Assembly (NCBI RefSeq): GCF_004010195.1
Contig: NC_057719.1
Location: 26,064,231-26,128,230, forward strand
Source of the DNA: Chiloscyllium plagiosum
Taxonomy: Eukaryota
Length of the DNA: 64,000 nt
Direction of reading: 5' to 3'
Part shown: positions 13,331 through 26,281 of the stretch, one piece after another
Position numbering within the stretch: the stretch's first letter is position 1
How the letters are laid out: every line of letters begins with the position of its first letter
Position numbers and translations under genes: made by a program
The notes under the pieces: generated by a model
What the model saw: only the letters and a program-made list of their open reading frames with translations
Databases searched by the model: none
What the model was told of the DNA's origin: nothing

Positions 13331-16300
13331 AACTCTGTCTTCAGTTTCCGAAACTATTCATACACCTTTCTTTTCTTTTCAATTAAGCTTATAATTTCTC
13401 CATTTGTTTCTTCTTCAGAGGTATAACTTTATCCTTAGCTGAACCTTCTTCTCCCTTTATTAATTTAAAGATCAAGCCATCATCGTAGCCATTTTATCCT
13501 CCACAACGCTGAACCAAGCTGAGTTTAAATGGGCACAATACTAAAGAACCAACCCTATTGTTCCCCAGAATGAGCATCTTCCAATCCACAAGGACCATTC
13601 TAGAATCTGGAGAATTCTGTACGATCAAAACAGTCCATCCACTGGATGGATTTGAAACTCCTGACAATTACACCACTCTTGCACCCTTTCATTGGTTGTT
13701 TTCTGCTGATTTGTATAGATCAGGTAGCAATCTACAGATCATTACTTTTGAGGTTCTGGCTCTTAATTTGTAACTTAGCTTCTCAAACTCTCATGGCTGA
13801 GCTTCATTCCAACAACGTTGTTCATTCCTATGTGGACCACAGCAATGAGAATCCTCCTCCTCCAGTTCCAACTCTGAGGAAACATTCTTAACCCTGTTAT
13901 TGGACAAACAAACACAGCTTGGGGGCTCACAGAGAAGCTGAAAATAATATTATCTGACTATACTTTCCACTACCATTCCCATATTACTTTTCGCACTCTG
14001 CATTTAGATGGGTTCCAGTACTAAAGTGTTGTGATCAATTTATTAGTCTTCCCATCTGCTTTTGTTCTGATTGAAAATGGTTGCAAGTACTCATACCTGT
14101 TGGACAATTGCATATTAGATGCCTCTATTACATATCTTCCTGAGTCACTGTCACATTGTTTGTCTCTGACTACTAACCAAATCTAAACTGCATCTAATCT
14201 AAGCATCTGACTACCTCCTAGATCAAAATGTCGAAGTAATTACCTTATCTGATACATGGCAATTTCTGCATTGATGTCTCCAGTTCAATACCTCTTGTTG
14301 CAGGTACTATTGTTGTGGTTGTTCAGGATTTCCCTGATCTCTTTGATATCCCACATGCTCCAAATGCATCATATTTCCAGCACTGCCTGCTCTATTCAAT
14401 TTTGTTTTATTTATTTTGACAAATTGAAGGTTTATGTAATTAATGCATTTGGATTATTTTTAATTTTGAAACTAATTAATTTAACCAGTTAAAATTATTA
14501 ATTTAACAAAATAAAAGTTCTGGATTTTAAGTTTTAAATAATTACTGCCTCCAGTTTACACACACCATGACACCACATTCTCATCTTGCTTAAGGAATTT
14601 CTTTCTTTTGGGTTTGTTGGTGACTGTCTTGAGTCACCTCCAGTCACGTTCTTCTCAACAAGTGGAAATACCCTCTCTGAATCCACATTCATAATACCTT
14701 TCATAACTTCAAATAGCTCAATCCTTCTGCTCACACAAGAAATGAGGCCTGTTCACTCTTTCCTGTAATGTGTCTCCGATATCACCCTAATGGATCTTCT
14801 CTACACGATCTCCAGTGTTTCTATATGATTTCTGCAACATGACAACTAGAAATGCAGGTTTAAGATCATTTCACTAATTTTCAATGCCTCTAGAAATAAA
14901 GCCTAGTGCTCAGTTTGCTTTTTATTATGACCTTGCTAACCTGTGTCACAATTTTCAGAGATTGTGAGTCAAGATTCCTTTCTTCCTCCATCCCACTTAG
15001 ACTTGCATCTTTCTTGTGACCTCTGTATTCTTCCCACCATAGTATTTATACTGACTCCCATTTACCTGTGTTAAACTTTATTTAGCAATGACTTGTTCAT
15101 TTGTGGTTTATTAATTCCCCTCTGTAATTACACACACACAAACTTAAATATTGTACTGTTAATTTTAGGTCCTGTTTGAAAACACCAGCCAGTGATTATC
15201 ATGATTTGCCGATGTTATCCATCCTCACACTCACAGATTTGTGGTTTATTGCCTTTCCAATAATTTGCACAAACATTTCTGGTTGACTGTGCTTGATGTG
15301 GGAGGTCATTCTAAGGAAATTGCAACTCCTGATAAGATTTGAAAAGCTGTGATGAACTGCTAAAGTTGCACATTGCATGCATTATTATAAAATAGCACAC
15401 CAATAATCTTCATATTCATATAGACTGAAGAACAGAAGGAGATTATAGTCATCAGAATGCGATTATTGCAATCAGAATATGATTATGCATAAAATCATGT
15501 ACAAGTTTCACATTTTATATTTTAGATTACATGCATAATTCAAGACGAATTTGAAAAATGAATTTGATTTTGATATGTTGTCAGGACATTTTCAAAACAT
15601 ACTGTGAATCCAGTTAGATTTCTCTCCTCATGTAGAAACAATTTGTTTTAATTCAGCACAGAATGATGAGAATCCCACTGTTGCCCATCTATTATCCAAG
15701 GAAGTATTTCTAACTATCAAATGTGGAAGTATGCTAGAATTCGTGAATACAGAAAATACCTTTGAGTGCACACTTTTGAAACGCCTGTCACAGATGCCCT
15801 GGAAAAATGATGCATACTATATTTCTCAATTACCAAAGGTAATCCTCTTATCTCCACATCTTGAATATTGCATTCTAGCCTTAAACAACATTACTGCTTC
15901 CAACAACATTGCAATTCCACAGATCTCACTGGAAGCTGTTTTCCTGTGTTCTAGAAAGTGGGCATATAGTATCATCTGGGATCTGAGCAGACAGGACAAA
16001 GATAACAAGGCTCATCTGATTTTAAATTGATAGAAATTCAAATGGGTTGTTTCTAGACAAACATTTCACTCCACCTATTTCATTGTTTGTCTCAATTCAG
16101 TGATACAATATTTTTATAATTACAAAGTCAGCCCCACTTTCACCCTGTGTGGTACTTATTCACATAGGTTAGTGATCACTTTGCCTCCAATCCTAACCCC
16201 GACTCATATTTATCCAACTTCTGGTTAAATAACCAGTATCAACCAGTAACGGAATCTCCCTGCACTGTTTTATTCCATGAAACTCTATAGCACAGAAACA

Positions 16301-17362
16301 CATCATTAACCAAGAAAGGTTTATATTGGCATGTGTGCTCTCCACCAGCTCACATTTTTCAACATCTCTTTTTTATTTGTTTCTCCCTCATGTGTTTATT
16401 TAGCTTCCTTTCAATGCATCAATGATACTAATGCAATTTGCACACAATTAGTTGATTTCACATTCACTCTGCTCCCTGAAAAATGAATCATCTCCTTATT
16501 GGATTTGTGTGATTAATTGCTATAGTTTCAGAATCCCCCTAAGTGGAAGCATCTATATGCCTGCTCTATCAAATCTCATCATTATTTTGAAAACCTCCAT
16601 CAGGTCATCTCTCCGGAGAAAAGCAATCCAGCCTGTTAACTCTGTTTGAAGCTAGTTATTTTTAAACCTGTGCCCTCTTACACTGACCCAACAATCCAGG
16701 CCACATGGTTTATTAACACTTTTAGCATCTTAAAGGCCTGGACCATTTTGCATTCAATGGCAAAATAAAATGGAAGAAGGTAAGTATAAAATCACTTGAA
16801 CAGAAACTTGGAACGTGCCAGTGCGTTGTGCTGTTTATTCAAGGGAGAAGAGACTGTCCCAGTGAAAGTTTTATGACACAGGGGGTCATGGTAACCATAT
16901 GTTGAGCATAAGAAGCTGCACATTAAACAGCCACATAAACTAGAAACTCCGCAAGGAACACAGAATCATTCCAAAAAGTTGTTTAAGGGGAGGAGGGTTC
17001 TAACTTCTACAAGCAATTTCAACCCAAACATTTAACCAGTGTCAGTCTGAATCTGCTGGAATAGATCAGAGGGCGCCGTGCATCTATTTGAATAAATTGT
17101 GATGCTAAAGGGACGTGACAGGAAAGGTACCAAGTCAGGAGTTGTGTGTATCTTCTGCAGTAAACGTTGCTTGAGTCTCCCAAGCGGCACAAGAGCAGTT
17201 CTACCACAATGCCTTTGACACGTTCATACAAAGTGGTTTCTATGGCAGCATATATTCGGTTAGAGCCACATCCAATCCGGATCAACATTTTATGACTGCT
17301 CAGAGGAGTTAGGTTGTTGAAGAGAAGGAGATGAAGGAGCAGCTTTGTGGTGTACTCCTTAC

Positions 17363-17476
17363 CTGGCTCTGTGCAGTTCTTCGCTTGAGTCTCGTTGGCG
17401 GTCACCGCGACCATTAACTTCCTGTTCCGCCACTGTAGATCCAGTGTGGCTGGGTGTCCAGTGGCCTTCCCGTTTT
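17363..17476 (-). CDS. SLC24A4: SLC24A4 coding exon 2 (114 nt, phase 1-1)
   Basis: Acceptor ctaattgataattccaacAG and donor G|GTAAGG. Encodes (E)NGKATGHPATLDLQWRNRKLMVAVTANETQAKNCTEP versus recalled human WRNRKLMAPVNGTQTAKNCTDP. In frame with exon 1 across a 794-nt intron. Confidence 0.95.
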
Positions 17477-19650
17477 CTGTTGGAATTATCAATTAGCACG
17501 TGTTATTCTTTCATGGGGAGGACGCCGATTCCTTAGCCGGGGGACGCTGGCGTCGAAATCTCCCTCCAGCCCCAAACCTTTGATATGATCTTTCATTCAA
17601 AACTCTCCATCTCCTGCAAGTAATAGGCTGCAGCACCCTTTTCAAAACTTATTGCTACAAGATCTTAATATCAAACGGAACCATTCCGGGCAACAAATTG
17701 AGCAAATACCAAACACCATTCATTCATAAAACCCGAACAATTGCAGAGACTCAAATGAATAATACTTTTAAAATCTCCATGAATGCGCCCTTTCAGAGAG
17801 AACTTGATGCATTTTATCACGTCGTTTTTTTTTGGTGAGGGGGCAATCTTGAGGGGTTAAAGATGACAGGCATGGTAAAAATAAACCACCTTGACAAAAC
17901 GAGATGAAACTTACACATCTCATCCACGGTGGCTACATTGAGGAAGCTATATTTTGGAAAGAAATTTAGTCTATAAATATCAGGGACTATAATCCTATCG
18001 ATTTGGACAAGGCCACATAGAACTCGGGTTATGAGTTCATGCCTCCGCTGCTGTCATGGGGAGCTATAAAAACTTAAAAGAGCGAAATCATTCCAGTTGC
18101 AACAATCCAAATCACCGGCATTATATTTCAACACAAGGCGGCTGCGAGTTCTACGTTTTAATTTAAAGGCATCTCGTTTACAATCGATTAAACCTCTCTC
18201 CGTTTCCAGCCAACAAAGGCAATGATGAGTGGAAAAGTTCAATTCTTCGACAGGGCACTCTCTCACTCACCTAGTCTGGAGAACAGGCTGCACAAACACC
18301 ACGCCAGGAGCAGAATACTGCAGGAAACGCCGACCTGGTACAGGAACATCTCTTTCCTCCTGCGAACTTTGGTCATTTTTGCAAACGTTGACATTATTGT
18401 ATTCCTCGGTCGCTTGGTCCTGGAATCCATCGCCTCTGACAATATGTTTTTGTGTTATTGCGAGCGGGGTTGGGGGTGGGGGTGGATGGTTGGAGAACCT
18501 ATTTTTTTTTCTCTCTCTGTCCCTCCCACCCCCTTTTCCAGTATGTTTAAACTCGGGCGCCAGTTCTCATTGCATGGCTTTAAAGGAGGGATAAGCAAGG
18601 CTTGATGCAGTGTCGTGATCACATGTGAGCTGCGGGGTTTAGAGACCCGGCGAGAGAAAGAGAGAGACAGTGTGAGACACAGTGAGAGAGTGAGAGGCTG
18701 TCAGTTTCAGGATGCTCGCAGCTTCGTGTAATGACGAAAGCTCGTCAATTTCTTCGAATGGGGATTTTTCTTCCCCCCCCCCGTCACACCGAAGATTGAC
18801 AAAGCAGCCGGCGCCTCTTTTTTTTGTTAAGGGAAAATTTCAAAGTAAAATGATCAACTGATAAATTGTAGATCCTGATTAATACTTAAGCAAAAAAAAA
18901 GTCAAGTTCTTGGTGCTGGTTTCAATGTGCTCCCAGAGCCGTGTGACACTCACGGCCAGTTACTGAGTCGCTGCTCTTCCCAGTTTGATGCCGAGAACTT
19001 TAACTCCGCCGAACATGGGCTTTGAGACTGGCGGTTGATCCCTGACAACATTAGAGCGGCATAATCCCTGCTTTCTGCCGAAAACCGGCAGGAATTATCC
19101 TGTGTGTGTGTGAGAGAGAGAGAAAGAGAGACACAGAGAGACCTTGGTTAAAATTTGAAAATAGGGAGAGCAGCCCTTTATGCATTATCATTGCCTATCG
19201 TACACCAGGTGAATGGTGGTTAAAGTATGGGGTGAATACACTGAATAAGGAGCATTTGGCGATTTCAACTTTTATATTAGGGGTCGACAGGACGCGGCTT
19301 CTTAATCGGTTCTGACGTTACCAAATAACAGCGCCTCTGCTTGAGTTGGAGGTGTCAAGTATTTTGCTTCAGATGTCAATATGAATGAGAGGGACAGGTT
19401 GGAGCCGTGCGTATTTCAGGTCGAGAGTCAAGTCCCAATCCTGAGCGCTGGTTCCTCTTGCCTCTGAGAGGCGCTCAGCCACACGCTGGGAACACTAGTA
19501 GAACCGGGGGATTAATTACTTCCTATCATCCTCTCTGTAAAATGAATGCGATCCCGGAAGGAGGATTGCTGACCAGGGCGTTTGTTTAACAAAATGTGTG
19601 TTTAGCTAAATTGGTTGTCTGGAGATTCGTGTCATGTGAGAAGCGCATTG
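17380..19650. promoter_or_regulatory. CpG-rich promoter/first-exon region of SLC24A4
   Basis: Visible CpG retention against a CpG-depleted background, largely free of interspersed repeats, spans exons 1-2. GA/TG tracts at ~18652-18695 and ~19101-19141. TSS not determined. Confidence 0.7.
18271..18430 (-). CDS. SLC24A4: SLC24A4 (NCKX4, K-dependent Na/Ca exchanger) coding exon 1
   Basis: Minus strand translates MDSRTKRPRNTIMSTFAKMTKVRRRKEMFLYQVGVSCSILLLAWCLCSLFSRL+G, matching the recalled human NCKX4 N-terminus (KVRRRREMLPQQVGFVCAVLALVCCASGLFGSLG). ATG is in strong context (gaggcgATGG). Phase-1 donor G|GTGAGT at 18270. Confidence 0.93.
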
Positions 19651-20039
19651 CCAATCACAGCCAACATGTGGACTGCTGATTGCAGACTCTCTTTCTGACT
19701 CCAGAAGTCGAGGGAAGCCATTCGTTTGGTCACACCACCAATTTTCATGTTGTCTGCAAACTGACTCTTCATACCTCCGACATTCATGTCAAGATCATTA
19801 AAAGATAAAGTCACCATAGTCTAACTGGACCACAGGGCTCCTCTCTCATTAGATAAAGAGAGGGACGAATGGTGGTGGGTCACTAAATCTCAGGTGAAGG
19901 GCAAACATGAGAAGCTGAATCCTTCATGGTAACCTCAGCCAGTGTGAGAATTGAACTCATTTGTGTCACGCTGCATTATGAACCAGCTGTACAGCCAATT
20001 GAACTTTCTACAGTATTCTAGGGCAGCCAAAGTATTAAG

Positions 20040-20670
20040 CTGTCAGTAGTTGCTATAAGCTTCTTTTTTTTCCCTTTATCTAACCTTTATATCCCTTGAT
20101 GTCCAGGATTCTCAGCATTTGTTGGTCCCATCCTGCCCCATTACAGGAACATGTTGAGACGGCATTCTTGTTATTGCCCCGTTGAATGGCGGATGTGGAT
20201 TTAGAATTGTTATTTCCAGGCTATCCAGAAACAAAATTCCCAATTCCCGGAATCTGTAGCCCTCCCTCCTGCTCCAAATTTTCAATTACACATTCATCTT
20301 TTCAATCACCTATTCCTGTATTCACTAGCACATGGGACTAGTAGTAATCCAAAGACTATAACCTTTGAGGTTGTGTTTTTAAACTGCTACTCACTGCAAG
20401 ATGAAATCCTTCTTTTTACTTGTATCGCTAGTCACAATGAGAACCATGTCCTCGGACTGTTCACCCACCCCCATCCCCCATCCCCCTTCAGAATACCCTG
20501 CAGCTGTTCAGTGACATCCTTAATCTTGGCCCGCAGGTAACATGCCATCTTGGGGTCACACCTGAAGTCACAGGAATGCCTGTCTGTACCCCTCACTATT
20601 GAATCCCCACCACTAATATTCTCCCTCACTTTCTGCTCCCTCCTTATGCAGCTGGGCTCCACAGATGAAC
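20040..20670 (-). mobile_element. CR1 ORF1 (SGNH esterase-like) / ORF2 start fragment
   Basis: GDSIVRGTDRH..C..AKIKDVTEQLQGILKG is typical of the CR1 ORF1 esterase domain. Confidence 0.75.
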
Positions 20671-20676
20671 GTGGGT

Positions 20677-20822
20677 GGCACGGTGGCACAGTGGTTAGCA
20701 CTGCTGCCTCACAGCGCCAGAGACCTGGGTTCAATTCCCACCTCAGGCGACTGACTGTGTGGAGTTTGCACATTCTCCCCGTGTCTGCGTGGGTTTCCTC
20801 CGGGTGCTCCGGTTTCCTCCCA
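20677..20822 (+). mobile_element. Young HE1 V-SINE running into the assembly gap
   Basis: ggcacggtggcacagtggttagcactgctgcctcacagcgccagagacc...ccgggtgctccggtttcctccca, with CpGs retained. Confidence 0.9.
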
Positions 20823-21503
20823 NNNNNNNNNNNNNNNNNNNNNNNNNNNNNNNNNNNNNNNNNNNNNNNNNNNNNNNNNNNNNNNNNNNNNNNNNNNNNN
20901 NNNNNNNNNNNNNNNNNNNNNNNNNNNNNNNNNNNNNNNNNNNNNNNNNNNNNNNNNNNNNNNNNNNNNNNNNNNNNNNNNNNNNNNNNNNNNNNNNNNN
21001 NNNNNNNNNNNNNNNNNNNNNNNNNNNNNNNNNNNNNNNNNNNNNNNNNNNNNNNNNNNNNNNNNNNNNNNNNNNNNNNNNNNNNNNNNNNNNNNNNNNN
21101 NNNNNNNNNNNNNNNNNNNNNNNNNNNNNNNNNNNNNNNNNNNNNNNNNNNNNNNNNNNNNNNNNNNNNNNNNNNNNNNNNNNNNNNNNNNNNNNNNNNN
21201 NNNNNNNNNNNNNNNNNNNNNNNNNNNNNNNNNNNNNNNNNNNNNNNNNNNNNNNNNNNNNNNNNNNNNNNNNNNNNNNNNNNNNNNNNNNNNNNNNNNN
21301 NNNNNNNNNNNNNNNNNNNNNNNNNNNNNNNNNNNNNNNNNNNNNNNNNNNNNNNNNNNNNNNNNNNNNNNNNNNNNNNNNNNNNNNNNNNNNNNNNNNN
21401 NNNNNNNNNNNNNNNNNNNNNNNNNNNNNNNNNNNNNNNNNNNNNNNNNNNNNNNNNNNNNNNNNNNNNNNNNNNNNNNNNNNNNNNNNNNNNNNNNNNN
21501 NNN
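20823..21503. other. Assembly gap (N run)
   Basis: Continuous n characters. Confidence 1.
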
Positions 21504-21681
21504 TTTTTTTAAAAGTTATATTCTCAGGTTAACTGTAACAATTGGTGTCAGCCAGATAAGATGTTAAGATGTTGAAGGTGTTAGCCCCCGTGTTCCCTGT
21601 CTATGCCATAATGTTTAGACTGATTCTGATTTAAAAAGTGAGATAACAGAGTCTTACATGGATTCATGCAGTTTTTGAGCA

Positions 21682-21975
21682 AAGTGCAATGTAACTCTGC
21701 AAGTACAAATTCACCCCACAAATTATATGTATATGTGTGCATGTGTGATTGTGTGTGTCTGTCTGTCTGTCTGTCTGGGGTGGGCGGTTGTGAGTGTCTG
21801 TGAAAGAGAGTATGTGTGCGTGTGTGTGGGAAGTACAATGTAACTCTGCAAGTACAAATTCACCCCACAAATTATATGTATATGTGTGCATGTGTATTTG
21901 TGTGTGTGTCTGTCTGTCTGTCTGTCTGGGGTGGGCGGTTGTGAATGTGAGAGACAGTGTACATGAGTGTGTGTG
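21682..21975. repeat. ~150-bp tandem duplication containing TG/TCTG microsatellites (probably within a PLE 3' region)
   Basis: aagt(g/a)caatgtaactctgcaagtacaaattcaccccacaaattatatg occurs at ~21682 and ~21831. Confidence 0.8.
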
Positions 21976-21987
21976 TAAAGTGTCTAA

Positions 21988-22083
21988 GATGCTGACTGCA
22001 AGACACTATTCCTGGACTGGTACACAGTGATGCTGACTCAGGGCACTATTCCTGGACTGTTGCACCATAATGCTGTCTGCAGG
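21988..22083. repeat. ~41-bp tandem repeat, ~2.3 copies
   Basis: gatgctgact...cactattcctggactg repeated. Confidence 0.75.
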
Positions 22084-22209
22084 ACAATTTAATCACACCC
22101 AACAGATTCTGTTCATCTTGTCAGTTATCATGTTGTCAATACCATATTAATAATTATTGTTCAGGTTCAGGAACATTTATGGTACATAAGATACTGAAGT
22201 AGTCTTTGT

Positions 22210-23035
22210 CCAAATGCAATAAGACCAAGGCAACATCCAGGCTTTGGCTGATGACTAGCAGTTAACATTGACGTCTCAAAATTACTCAACAACGAAAATC
22301 TACAACAAGAGAAAATCAAACATCCTGGCATTCAACAGCATTATCATTGCTAAATTCCACACTATCAACATTCTGGGCGCTACCACTGACCAGAAACTGA
22401 ACTTGACCAGCCATATGAATATTGTGGCTATAAGAGTAGATCAGAGGCTTGGAATTCCATGGTGATTAATTCACTTTCTGACTCCCCATTGCTTATCCAC
22501 CCCTCACAAAGCACAAATCAGGTACATAATGAAATACTCTCCACTTGCCTGGATGAGTGCAGCTCCAACAACACTCATGAAGCTTGAGACCATCCAAAAC
22601 AAAGCAGCCTATTTGACTGGCATTCCATCCACCATCTTTAAATTGCATTCCCTTCATCTTGGTCACAAGGTGGTAGATGTGTGTACAATCTTCAAGTTGA
22701 GGTGCTCACTGAGGCTCCTTCGCCAGCACCTTCTAAGCCTATAACCTCTACCACATAGAAGGACAAGGGTAGCAGACATATATGAATACCACCACATACA
22801 ACCTACCCTCCAAGCCACACACAATCATAATTTGGGACTGTATTGCTGTTCATGTATTTTCATTGAGTCAAAATCCTGGAATGTCCTTCCTAATAATACT
22901 GTGACAGTTCCTACATCCAAAGGACTGAGTGTTCAAATAGGCAACTAAACATCATCTTCTCCAGGGCAATTAGGAATGGGCAATAAATGCTGACCTAGCC
23001 AGCAATACAATAGCCAATGAATGAATTTTTAAAAA
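22210..23035 (+). mobile_element. LINE (CR1/L2 group) ORF2 C-terminus plus 3' UTR
   Basis: INILG.T.DQKLN.TSH and MKYSPLAWMSAAPTTL.KL..IQ.KAA; tail ggcaataaatgctg...atgaatgaat. Confidence 0.75.
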
Positions 23036-24494
23036 ATTGCACGGTGCCTTCTTTTTCTTTATTTATAATATAGTGTTTATATGGTGCTATGTTTGCTCAG
23101 GCTTAAAATTAATGACATTTCTATTGATACAAATCAATTGACATGAATTGTTTGGATCATAAACCTATCCTAGGAATACACTGGATGTCAGGTATTTTTT
23201 CTATTTCAGGTTACTCTATTCAATAGTATATTTGTGCAAATATTTATTTGATTTTCTGTTGCTCAGTAACTGTGTCCTATTTCTGCATATTTTCTGAAAG
23301 TGATCTGTTGTCTTACTGATGAAATAATCCTTGTTAAAAGTTAGTCACAGTTTATAACTGTGAAGTTTGCTTATTCTATAGCATGGACACTAACTCTTGA
23401 TATCTACTGTTCAGTCTTTGTACTAGCTTGTCACATATATCTTTCAGGTTTTTCTATCTTATAAACTGAATGAACTCTGCAGATCTTTTATCATAAGGTT
23501 GATTTTCCCCTGTTAGGATTTATCTGCATTTCTGTCTGATTATTACTTCCAACACCATCTGAATGGCTCCCTCCAAGTAAAATCTACTTTGGACTGTAAC
23601 AAATCTGACAAAGATAAATTAAGAATTCCAACAACCTTTTTTGTCTCTTATGAATTCTAGTTTCATAACCACAGTTTTCCAATAATGTTTGATCTCTTTT
23701 ATTTGATCTCACTCTTTCAAGAAGTTTATTTGTTCTCAGATTAAAGTAATTGTCAAAAGTCTATAGAGCTTGATTAAAGTATCTGTGGGCCTATTACATT
23801 GTGATGAGGTATAGCATCATCAGCTTTAATCCCAATGAAATATAAATGCATTTACTTGTCCAGCTTCTGATTAAGCATCTATTTTGGAAGCAATTCTATA
23901 TCTTAACTGCTTTATCCAAAACGTTCAATTCTGTGTTCTATTTGGCCCATCTCTGAAAGTTGTTCTTCATAACAACATTATTGATTTTGCAATTTCTTCC
24001 TTATGTGACCATTTATTTTTCTAAATCTAAAGCTTTTTAATTCTGTTGCTCTACTCTCATTCCTTTAAAGGCTTTTAATCCTGCAATCTTTTATTGCTGC
24101 TTTATTCTCATTGCATGAATTATTTTTTACATGTTTGTATCCCAATTTTGTTTTATTTTCCTTGGCTTAAAGGCATTAAACAGTATGGTTTAGCAATCCT
24201 ACTTCCTTGTGCCGCTTGCTGGAGGAGTCACCTGCACTGTTGTGGTCAAAATTGACGTTTCCTACTTCTATGGCTAAAATGGCAGTATCCCGCTTTCCAT
24301 GGTTAAAATAGAAGATTCCAGCCTTTTGGTGGGCAAAATGGATGATTGTCCACTTTCGCAATCTAATAAACAATTCCCATCTTTTTCCCTAACCAACTAA
24401 ATCCTGTTGCCTGCAGCCTTAAAAATGAATCCCATTTGCTGAACAGCTTTCTCTCGATGATTCACTTGTAATACTCCCCGATACATGATAGGAG

Positions 24495-25913
24495 CGATAC
24501 CAAAGACTAAAACACTTAGTAGAAGACTCATGCCATTCCATCCACTCCACCCAAGAATTCCTGAAGACCATCAAAGACACCAAGATTGAAGAGGATGAAA
24601 TAATGGTCTTTTTTAACGTAACAGCCCTGTTCACATCCATCAACATCAACCTGGCCAAGGCAACACTGACTACATTATTAGAAGACCCAAAGGAACATAC
24701 ACCAAACACCACAAACTTCATCAGCAAGGATAGTATCGTCAAGCTACTGGACCTATGCCTAACCACCCATTTCACCTTCAACAAAAAAACCTACAGACAA
24801 ACCAATGGAACACCCATGGGATCGCCGATATCAGGGTTCTTAGCAGAGGCTGTAATGCAGAGGCTTGAGTAAACAGCTCTGCCAACCATCCGACCGAAAC
24901 TCTGGGTCTGCTATGTGGATGATACCTTTGTCATCACTGAACAAAACAATTCAGAGGAAACCTTCAAAGGCGTTTACTGGCATAATATTCACTAAAGAAG
25001 AGGAAAACAACAACAAACTGCCATTCCTGGATGTCACAATAGAATGAACAGCCAATGGGGAACTACAAACTAGCGCCTCCAGGAAACCAACACATACGGA
25101 CCAAATATTGAACGACAGAAGCAATCATCCCAACACCCACAAACAAAGCTGCATCAGAACATTATTTCAACAAGTCAGCACCCACTGCAGCTCAGAGGAA
25201 CTACACAGAGCAGAGGAAAATCACCTATACAGTGTATTCAAAAAGAACGAGTACCCAATGAACACAGTCCATCGATTTATGAGCAACAAACCCAAACAAG
25301 CAGACAAAACATGTCCAGAAACCCAAGTTACTCTCCCCTTACATCAAAGACATTTCAGAAGTGACTGCTAGATTACATCATGGTAGCCCACAAACCCACC
25401 AACACACTAAACCAGCAGCTAATGAACTTGAAACACAGACAACTAGCAAAACTAATGTCATCTACAAAATACCATGCAAGAACTGTAACTACATTGGATA
25501 ACCAGGCAGAAAACTAGCCACCAAGATACATGAACATCAATTAGCCACAAACCGACATGACCCACGCTCACTAGTATCCTTACATAAGGATGAGAAAGGA
25601 CACCACTTCGACTGGGACAACACATCTATCCTAGGACAAGCCAAACAGAGACACACACATGAGACTTCCTATAATCATGGCAATCCAACCAGAACTCTAT
25701 CAACAAACACATTGATTTAGACTCCATCTACCACTCCCTGAGAAAAAGAACAGGAAATGACATCACCAACCCAAGGAAACTCAAACATATAAATAGAAAG
25801 CGGGCTATACCACCAGTGCTTCATTTGGAGCCTCACTGAAGATATTACCTAGTATGGTGATGAAATGTCTGAAAACGAACCTTCCAACTCAGCAAGCAAA
25901 CCTACATCCAGAA
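24495..25913 (+). mobile_element. Penelope-like element (Poseidon-type), 5'-truncated: RT, GIY-YIG endonuclease and pLTR
   Basis: FNVTALFT, GTPMGSPIS, YVDD (24912-24923), LPFLDV, NVIYKIPC..C..YIG. Hammerhead motif at 25836-25869. TSD ccttaaaa at 24417-24424 and 25914-25921. Confidence 0.92.
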
Positions 25914-26173
25914 CCTTAAAAGTTACATAGATTCCTGTTTCCTTTCTCCAAATGAATTCCAGGCAGCCTTATTAAATTCTTCCTGCTTTAATCATGTCTT
26001 CAGTTATGGATCTCCTGCACTGATTGCAATCTCCTACTTTGTTCTTCCATTGGAATTCATTTGCATGGACTTCTAAATTGCCCCTTTACTGTTTTATTTC
26101 TGATCCTGAGATGTTCCCGGTACTCTGACTTTGGTTTAAATTACTACCATGGCTCTTGATTTCCCTTACTGCA

Positions 26174-26281
26174 AAGTTAAAAAACACACATCAGTACTTT
26201 CAAATAAATCTGTTGGACTATAACCTGGTGTTGTGTGATTTTTAACTTTGCCCACCCCAGTCCAACACCAGCATCTCCACA
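26174..26281. mobile_element. Penelope-derived family B short insertion
   Basis: gttggactataacctggtgttgtgtgatttttaac, shared with 29727-29870. TSD tcccttactgca at 26162-26173 and 26282-26293. Confidence 0.75.

Noticed and set aside
1..17362. SLC24A4 exon 3 (expected AIHEFP...)
   Set aside because: Not found by eye on the minus strand; it presumably lies beyond the window, but tBLASTn is needed to exclude it.
17019..17492. 157-aa ORF as a standalone gene
   Set aside because: Only 17363-17476 is coding (SLC24A4 exon 2); the rest is intron read-through.
18466..18493. G-quadruplex near the start codon
   Set aside because: Only three tracts of three or more G, and on the template strand; too weak to call.
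18222..18605. Plus-strand 127-aa and 121-aa ORFs
   Set aside because: Antisense shadows of exon 1 and the GC-rich leader; no recognisable protein.
20550..21532. 320-aa and 257-aa ORFs
   Set aside because: Artefacts of reading through the N gap from an HE1 SINE.
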